From NCBI GenBank assembly GCA_963698385.1, contig CAVOQP010000006.1:17097-81096 (forward strand): a stretch of DNA of 64,000 nucleotides. The letters are read 5' to 3'. Position numbers and translations under genes: made by a program. This DNA comes from an uncultured Acidimicrobiia bacterium. Its GTDB lineage: Bacteria; Actinomycetota; Acidimicrobiia; Spongiisociales; JAENVV01. How positions within the stretch are numbered: the stretch's first letter is position 1; each line of letters opens with the position of its first letter. Positions 58,371 through 64,000 of this stretch are shown one piece after another. The notes beneath the pieces were generated by a model. It searched no databases. It was not told the origin of the DNA and saw only the letters and a list, made by a program, of their open reading frames with translations.

Positions 58371-59759
58371 ATGCGGTACTTCTCGACTCGTGGTGGCGCA
58401 CCTCCGACCGACTACGAAGGTGTGGTGCTCGGGGGCCTCGCCCCGGACGGCGGCCTCTACTGGCCAGAGCGGTGGCCCCGCCTGGACCTCGACGAGTCAT
58501 GGGCGGAACTGGCCTATGCCGAGGTTGCCGCCCGGGTGATCGCACCGTTTGCGGAGGGCTCGCTCGACCTCGACACCGTGCGTCGCCTCACGTCCGACGC
58601 GTACGCAGGCTTCCGGACCGAAGAGGTGGCGCCGGTCACGAGGCTCGACGATCACACGTGGCTCCTCGAGCTGTTCTGGGGTCCGACCCTCTCGTTCAAG
58701 GACTACGCCCTCCAGGTGGTCGGCAACACACTCGACCACCTGCTCGAGCGGCGCGATGAACGTCTCACCATCGTGGGAGCCACATCGGGCGACACCGGCT
58801 CTGCTGCCATCGCTGCCCTGCGAGGGCGCTCACGGTTGGACGTCGTCATCCTCCACCCCGAGGGCCGTGTGAGCGAGGTCCAGCGCCGGCAGATGACCAC
58901 CGTCCTCGATGACAACGTCCACAACGTCGCCATCACCGGCACTTTCGACGACTGCCAGGCCACCGTCAAGGCGCTCTTCGCCGATCAATCCCTGCGGGCC
59001 GAAGTCCCGATCTCCGCTGTCAACTCGATCAACTGGGCGCGCATCGCCGCCCAGGCGGCCTACTACGTGTGGGCCGCGCTCCAGGTCGGGGACCGGGGTT
59101 CCGGGATCGGCGTGGCGGTTCCCTCCGGGAACTTCGGCAACGCACTCGCCGCCTACGTCGCCCGCTCGATGGGCGCGCCCATCAGCCACATCGTCGTGGG
59201 GACCAACGTCAACAACGGCCTCGCAGTCTTCCTCCAGGAGGGGCGACTCGAGCGATCCACGGTCGTCCCCACGGTCGCCCCTGCGATGGATATCCAGGTG
59301 CCCTCGAACCTCGAACGACTGCTGTTCGACATGCTCGAACGCGATCCCGTCGCCCTCTCCGAACTCATGGGGTCGTACCGGGAGAAGGGCGTGCTCCAGG
59401 TCCCGGCCTCCACCATCGGTCTGTACCAGGGCCTGTTCTCCTCGGCCTGGATGTCGGATGCCGCAGCCATCGCGGCGATCGCCGACCTGCGGTCGAGGGG
59501 AGGGCCGATCGTCGACCCGCACACCGCCATCGGGTGGGCGGCCGGACAGATCCGCCATCGGCGACCGGGGGTCCCCCTCGTCTGTGTCGCAACCGCCCAC
59601 CCCGCGAAATTCCCGGATGCCGTGGTCGAGGCGGTGGGGGAGGCGCCGTCGCTCCCCGATGACCTGGCTGACCTCCTCGTGCGGGAGGAGCGCTTCGACA
59701 CGCTCCCGGTGGATGTGGCGGCAGTCACGCAGTACGTGCGGGACGCGGCGGGCGAGTAG
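58371..59759 (+). CDS. thrC: Threonine synthase (long type)
   Basis: YFSTRG, ELFWGPTLSFKD, ATSGDTG, NSINWAR, PSGNFGN, TAHPAKF. Confidence 0.96.
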   Translation: MRYFSTRGGAPPTDYEGVVLGGLAPDGGLYWPERWPRLDLDESWAELAYAEVAARVIAPFAEGSLDLDTVRRLTSDAYAGFRTEEVAPVTRLDDHTWLLELFWGPTLSFKDYALQVVGNTLDHLLERRDERLTIVGATSGDTGSAAIAALRGRSRLDVVILHPEGRVSEVQRRQMTTVLDDNVHNVAITGTFDDCQATVKALFADQSLRAEVPISAVNSINWARIAAQAAYYVWAALQVGDRGSGIGVAVPSGNFGNALAAYVARSMGAPISHIVVGTNVNNGLAVFLQEGRLERSTVVPTVAPAMDIQVPSNLERLLFDMLERDPVALSELMGSYREKGVLQVPASTIGLYQGLFSSAWMSDAAAIAAIADLRSRGGPIVDPHTAIGWAAGQIRHRRPGVPLVCVATAHPAKFPDAVVEAVGEAPSLPDDLADLLVREERFDTLPVDVAAVTQYVRDAAGE

Positions 59760-59760
59760 T

Positions 59761-59879
59761 CCCAAGTCCCAAGTCCCAGGTCCCGAGTCCCAAGTCCCGA
59801 GTCCCAAGTCCCAAGTCCCAAGTCCCAAGTCCCAGGTCCCGAGTCCCAAGTCCCGAGTCCCAAGTCCCAAGTCCCAAGT
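59761..59879 (+). repeat. Heptamer tandem array CCC(A/G)(A/G)GT x17 with a 56-bp higher-order duplication
   Basis: Units A=CCCAAGT, B=CCCAGGT, C=CCCGAGT in the order AABCACAA AABCACAA A, starting right after the thrC stop. Confidence 0.97.
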
Positions 59880-60095
59880 CCTTCGGTCCTCGTACCCCTT
59901 TTCTCGTACCTTGGATCTGATATGGACGTAACCCGGGAACCCGCGCTACACTGCCGTCATCGCCTTCCGGCGATATCCCTCTCCCCCCGGATCGACGTGC
60001 GCGTCAGATCGAGCGGGTGAGACGTTCCACACGGACAGGCCCGTCCCGTGCACACAGCCGTCAGGCATCGTGATGTACGACTCGAAAGGACCAAC

Positions 60096-61751
60096 GTGAC
60101 CAGCCGAGCCGATCTCCAGAAGAAGCCGATCGCAGACCTGCGTGCCATCGCCACCGCGGTGGGAGTCGAGGGCGACGGGCTTCAGAAGTCGAAGCTCATC
60201 TCTGCCATCCTCGAATCCGGGAATATCGAAGTCTCGGATGAGAAGCCCGCGGTCGAACTCCCCGAGGTTCGCAAGACCCATTCCGTCCCGACCGGAGATG
60301 CCGCTCGCTCGGAGCAGGGCAGCACCGACTCCGATGACGGCTCCGATGATGACGACGCCGACCAGAGCCAGGGGAACCGTGGCGGTCAGCGCAACCAGGG
60401 CGGTCAGCAGAATCGTGACGGTCAGCGCAGCCAGGGCGGCGGCCAGCAGAACCAGCAGCGCAGCCAGGGCGGCGGCCAGCAGAACCAGCAGCGCAACCAA
60501 GGCGGTCAGCAAGGCGGAGGAGACGGTCGACGTCGCCGCAAGCGTGGCGGCAGCGGAGGCGGAGGTGGCGGTGGTGGCGACCCCCAGGGCGGGGGCGGCA
60601 ACGAACGGTCACGGTGGGACGACGTCCCCGACGACGAGCTCGAGTTCCGCGAAGGACTCCTTGACGTGCTCCCCGAGGGCTACGGGTTCCTCCGTACCTT
60701 CGGGTACAAGCCCGGTGACAAGGACGCGTATGTGTCGGTCAACGTGGTTCGGCGCAGCGGACTCCGCCGGGGTGACCTCGTCGTTGGCCCGATCCGGCCG
60801 GCCCGCAACCAGGAGAAGTTCCCTGCCCTCATTCGGGTGACGACCGTCAACGGCATGTCGATCGAAGACGCCAAGAACCGGCCGAAGTTCGAGAAGCTGA
60901 CCCCTCTCTTCCCCGACGAGCGTCTCCGTCTCGAGGTTGTGGACGCCCGAAAGCGCGTCCTTCCTCGCATCGTCGACCTCATCGCCCCCATCGGCAAGGG
61001 CCAGCGTGGGCTGATCGTCTCCCCACCCAAAGCGGGCAAGACGACGGTGCTCAAGGAGATCGCCACCTCGATCGCCGTCAACAACCCCGAGTGTCACCTC
61101 ATGGTCGTGCTCGTGGATGAGCGCCCGGAGGAAGTCACCGACATGCAGCGCACCGTCAAGGGCGACGTCATCTATTCGACGTTCGACCGACCGGCGGAAG
61201 AGCACACCCAGGTGTCCGAGCTCGCAATCGAGCGTGCGAAGCGCCTCGTGGAGATGGGAACGGATGTCGTCATTCTCCTGGACTCGATCACCCGGCTCGC
61301 CCGCGCCCACAACCTCGCAACCCCGGCCTCGGGACGGATCCTGTCCGGTGGTGTCGACTCCCAGGCGCTGTACCCACCGAAGCGGTTCTTCGGAGCGGCC
61401 CGCAACATCGAGGAGGGTGGGTCCCTCACGATCATCGGGACGGCACTGGTCGAGACCGGGTCCAAGATGGACGAGGTCATCTTCGAGGAGTTCAAGGGCA
61501 CCGGCAACATGGAGCTCAAGCTCGACCGAAGGTTGGCGGACAAGAGGATCTACCCTGCGATCGACGTCGAGTCTTCGGGTACGCGGCGTGAGGAGTTGCT
61601 CTTCACGCCGGATGAGCTCACCCAGGTCTGGAAGCTGCGTCGGGTGCTCCTCGCACTCGAATCGGGTCCGGCCCTCGAGCTGCTCATCGATCGCCTCAAG
61701 TCAACGCCGTCCAATGCGCAGTTCCTCGCAGAAATCGCCAAGAACACCTGA
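60096..61751 (+). CDS. rho: Transcription termination factor Rho with N-terminal Q/N/G-rich insertion
   Basis: [57 protein letters not shown] before GTG. Confidence 0.97.
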   Translation: MTSRADLQKKPIADLRAIATAVGVEGDGLQKSKLISAILESGNIEVSDEKPAVELPEVRKTHSVPTGDAARSEQGSTDSDDGSDDDDADQSQGNRGGQRNQGGQQNRDGQRSQGGGQQNQQRSQGGGQQNQQRNQGGQQGGGDGRRRRKRGGSGGGGGGGGDPQGGGGNERSRWDDVPDDELEFREGLLDVLPEGYGFLRTFGYKPGDKDAYVSVNVVRRSGLRRGDLVVGPIRPARNQEKFPALIRVTTVNGMSIEDAKNRPKFEKLTPLFPDERLRLEVVDARKRVLPRIVDLIAPIGKGQRGLIVSPPKAGKTTVLKEIATSIAVNNPECHLMVVLVDERPEEVTDMQRTVKGDVIYSTFDRPAEEHTQVSELAIERAKRLVEMGTDVVILLDSITRLARAHNLATPASGRILSGGVDSQALYPPKRFFGAARNIEEGGSLTIIGTALVETGSKMDEVIFEEFKGTGNMELKLDRRLADKRIYPAIDVESSGTRREELLFTPDELTQVWKLRRVLLALESGPALELLIDRLKSTPSNAQFLAEIAKNT

Positions 61752-61768
61752 TCAGAAAGACCGAGACG

Positions 61769-62026
61769 ATGAAGGCCGAAATCCACCCCGCGTATCAGGA
61801 AGCCAAGGTCGAGTGCTCGTGTGGGAACACGTTCGTCACTCGTTCCACCAAGGGCGACATGCACGTCGAGTTGTGCAATGAGTGCCATCCGTTCTTCACG
61901 GGTCGCCAGAAGCTCGTCGACACGGGTGGCCGGGTAGAGCGCTTCCGTCGGCGCTACGAGGGGACCGAGATCAAGTCGAAGGCCCGCCAGAAGTCCGACG
62001 CTGTTCCCGTCGCGGACGAGGCCTAG
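61769..62026 (+). CDS. rpmE: 50S ribosomal protein L31 (zinc-binding type)
   Basis: [27 protein letters not shown]. Confidence 0.97.
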   Translation: MKAEIHPAYQEAKVECSCGNTFVTRSTKGDMHVELCNECHPFFTGRQKLVDTGGRVERFRRRYEGTEIKSKARQKSDAVPVADEA

Positions 62027-62086
62027 ACCTCCGGCTTCGGCCGGACGAGGCGTGTGCCTCTCCCGCCACCCGGGCATCCCTATCGC

Positions 62087-63019
62087 ATGAGCGCAGATCC
62101 GAGCAAGACCGTCGGCGGCCAGGCCGTCATCGAAGGCGTAATGATGCGAGCCCCGGCCGGCTGGGCGGTCGCCGCCCGGAATCCGCAGGGGGTCATCGTT
62201 GTCCGGTCGGACGAACTTCCCCGGCTTTCGACCCGCTCCTGGGCCGCACGCGTCCCGTTCGTTCGGGGTGTCATGGTGCTCGGGGAGTCGCTCAGCCTCG
62301 GGATGAAGTCCCTCACCTGGTCGGCGAAGGTCGCCGGTGTCGATGAGGGCGAGGAGGAGATCTCGTCCTGGGCGATGTTCCTGTCGGTCCTCGCCTCACT
62401 CACGCTGGCACTGGGCTTGTTCATGATCCTGCCGACCGTGATCGCCAAGTGGCTCGCCGCGGGAGACGACCTGGTCCTGGCAGCCGTCGAAACGGTCGTG
62501 CGACTCGGGCTCTTCGTCGGCTACATCTGGGCCATCGGCCGGTGGGAGGAGATCGCTCGGGTCTTCCAGTACCACGGTGCCGAACACAAGACCATCCACG
62601 CCTTCGAAGCCGGCGACCCCCTCACCGTCGAGGAGATCCAGAAATACTCGCCCGCGCATCCACGCTGTGGCACGAGCTTCCTCCTCCTTGTGATCATCCT
62701 CTCCTCCATCGCATTCGGCCTCCTCGGTGACTTGCCGTGGCTGTGGATCGTGCTCAGCCGCATCATCCTCATTCCGGTCCTTGCCGGGATCAGCTACGAG
62801 ATCCTGCGCTTCTCCGGCCTGCGCGAGGGAACGTTGCTCGCCAACGCCCTGGCTGCACCGGGTATCTGGTTGCAGAAGCTCACCACCGCCGAACCTGACG
62901 CCAGCCAGGTGGAGGTTGCCGTGGCGGCGCTTCTTCAAGCCGTCGATGGGGCCACCCGGGACGAGGTCCTGACCAGGGGCCCCGTCCCGCAGGCATCGCT
63001 GGACGTCGAGTTCGACTGA
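62087..63019 (+). CDS. DUF1385 membrane protein
   Basis: [36 protein letters not shown]. Confidence 0.92.
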   Translation: MSADPSKTVGGQAVIEGVMMRAPAGWAVAARNPQGVIVVRSDELPRLSTRSWAARVPFVRGVMVLGESLSLGMKSLTWSAKVAGVDEGEEEISSWAMFLSVLASLTLALGLFMILPTVIAKWLAAGDDLVLAAVETVVRLGLFVGYIWAIGRWEEIARVFQYHGAEHKTIHAFEAGDPLTVEEIQKYSPAHPRCGTSFLLLVIILSSIAFGLLGDLPWLWIVLSRIILIPVLAGISYEILRFSGLREGTLLANALAAPGIWLQKLTTAEPDASQVEVAVAALLQAVDGATRDEVLTRGPVPQASLDVEFD

Positions 63020-64000
63020 TGGATGCCAACGTCCGGGCGAAACTCGAGACACTGATCGAGACATTCGCCGAGGTCGAGCGGCAGCTCCTCGATCCCGATC
63101 TTCTCGGCAGCTCAGACAAGTACGCCGAGACCGCTCAACGACATGCCGAACTCCGCGACATCGTCGAGGGATATCGGGGCTTCCTGGCCGCGGACAAGGA
63201 CGCGAAGGACGCCGCCGAACTCGCCGAGATCGAGGACGACCCCGGCATGGCCGAGGAACTGCGCAGCATGGCCGGGGAGCGCCGGGCCGACGCGGACCGC
63301 TTCGAGAAGAACCTGTGGCTCGCATTGGCGCCGAAGGACCCGAACGACGACAAGGACGTGATCGTCGAGATCCGCTCCGGCGTCGGTGGCGACGAAGCGG
63401 CCATCTGGGCCGGGGACCTCATGCGGATGTTCGAGAGGTTCGCGGAACGTCGCGGGTACCGGACCGAGGTCATCGAGTCGTCCCCGTCCGAGTCCGGTGG
63501 CTACTCGAAGGTCTCGATCGGGGTGAAAGGGAAGGGTGCCTACAGCTCCTTCAAGTTCGAGTCGGGCGTCCACCGGGTCCAGCGGGTCCCCAAGACCGAG
63601 TCGCAGGGCCGAATCCATACGTCGACTGCGACCGTCGCGGTCCTGCCCGAGGTGGATGAGGTCGAGATCGATCTCGACCTCAATGACGTGCGGGTGGACG
63701 TGTACCGCTCGTCGGGGCCGGGCGGCCAGTCGGTCAACACGACCGACTCGGCGGTGCGGCTCACCCATGAGCCGACTGGTATCACCGTCGCGTGCCAGGA
63801 CGAGAAGTCCCAACTCCAGAACAAGGAGAAGGCCTTCCGTATCCTCCGGGCCCGTCTCTATGCCGTGGAGTTGGAGAAGCAGCAGGCGGAGCTCGCCGCC
63901 GAGCGTTCCTCCCAGATCGGCACCGGTGATCGTTCGGAGAAGATCCGGACCTACAACTTCAAGGAGAACCGGGTCACCGACCACCGGATTGGTCTCACCA
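63019..64000 (+). CDS. prfA: Peptide chain release factor 1 (runs off the window end)
   Basis: Not in the ORF track; read from ATG 63019 (TGATG overlap): [19 protein letters not shown] (PxT), [18 protein letters not shown]. Confidence 0.95.
   Translation, partial: MDANVRAKLETLIETFAEVERQLLDPDLLGSSDKYAETAQRHAELRDIVEGYRGFLAADKDAKDAAELAEIEDDPGMAEELRSMAGERRADADRFEKNLWLALAPKDPNDDKDVIVEIRSGVGGDEAAIWAGDLMRMFERFAERRGYRTEVIESSPSESGGYSKVSIGVKGKGAYSSFKFESGVHRVQRVPKTESQGRIHTSTATVAVLPEVDEVEIDLDLNDVRVDVYRSSGPGGQSVNTTDSAVRLTHEPTGITVACQDEKSQLQNKEKAFRILRARLYAVELEKQQAELAAERSSQIGTGDRSEKIRTYNFKENRVTDHRIGLT

Noticed and set aside
59761..59879. CRISPR array
   Set aside because: Contiguous 7-mers with no unique spacers and no cas genes.

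Overview
A 64 kb, high-GC chromosomal window from an actinobacterium. WhiB1, DUF3107, the FmdB-moeA-moaC-mog-tRNA-Ala(CGC) synteny, Ku, Rho with an N-terminal insertion and Thr-rich lipoproteins suggest Acidimicrobiia (inference). Most of it is core genome: orn, acnA, mrp, uppP, plsY, Moco genes, rsmI-tatD-rsmA-ispE-tRNA-Gln-glmU-prs, NHEJ ligase and Ku, tRNA-Arg, lysA, hom-thrC, rho-rpmE-DUF1385-prfA. Accessory blocks lie at about 0-13 kb (acyl-CoA metabolism, ubiquitin-like/propeller pair) and about 27.7-41 kb (translin-like protein, arsM, secreted Ig-domain/lipoprotein cluster). I see no CRISPR array, rRNA, integrase or transposase. The most notable signals: (1) a dispersed family of degenerate 6- and 7-mer tandem arrays, mostly starting at or just after stop codons and forming inverted pairs between convergent genes, one apparently co-opted as a Ser/Thr linker; (2) a Translin/TRAX-like gene behind a MITE-like element; (3) an uncharacterised secreted three-gene module whose first gene has a 1-nt frameshift; (4) point oddities: a CoA-transferase with Asp at the catalytic Glu position, an fdhD GRHNA->GRHFA change matching a quasi-palindrome template switch, and a probable ATA start codon. 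Product calls come from motif recognition by eye; no database searches were run.
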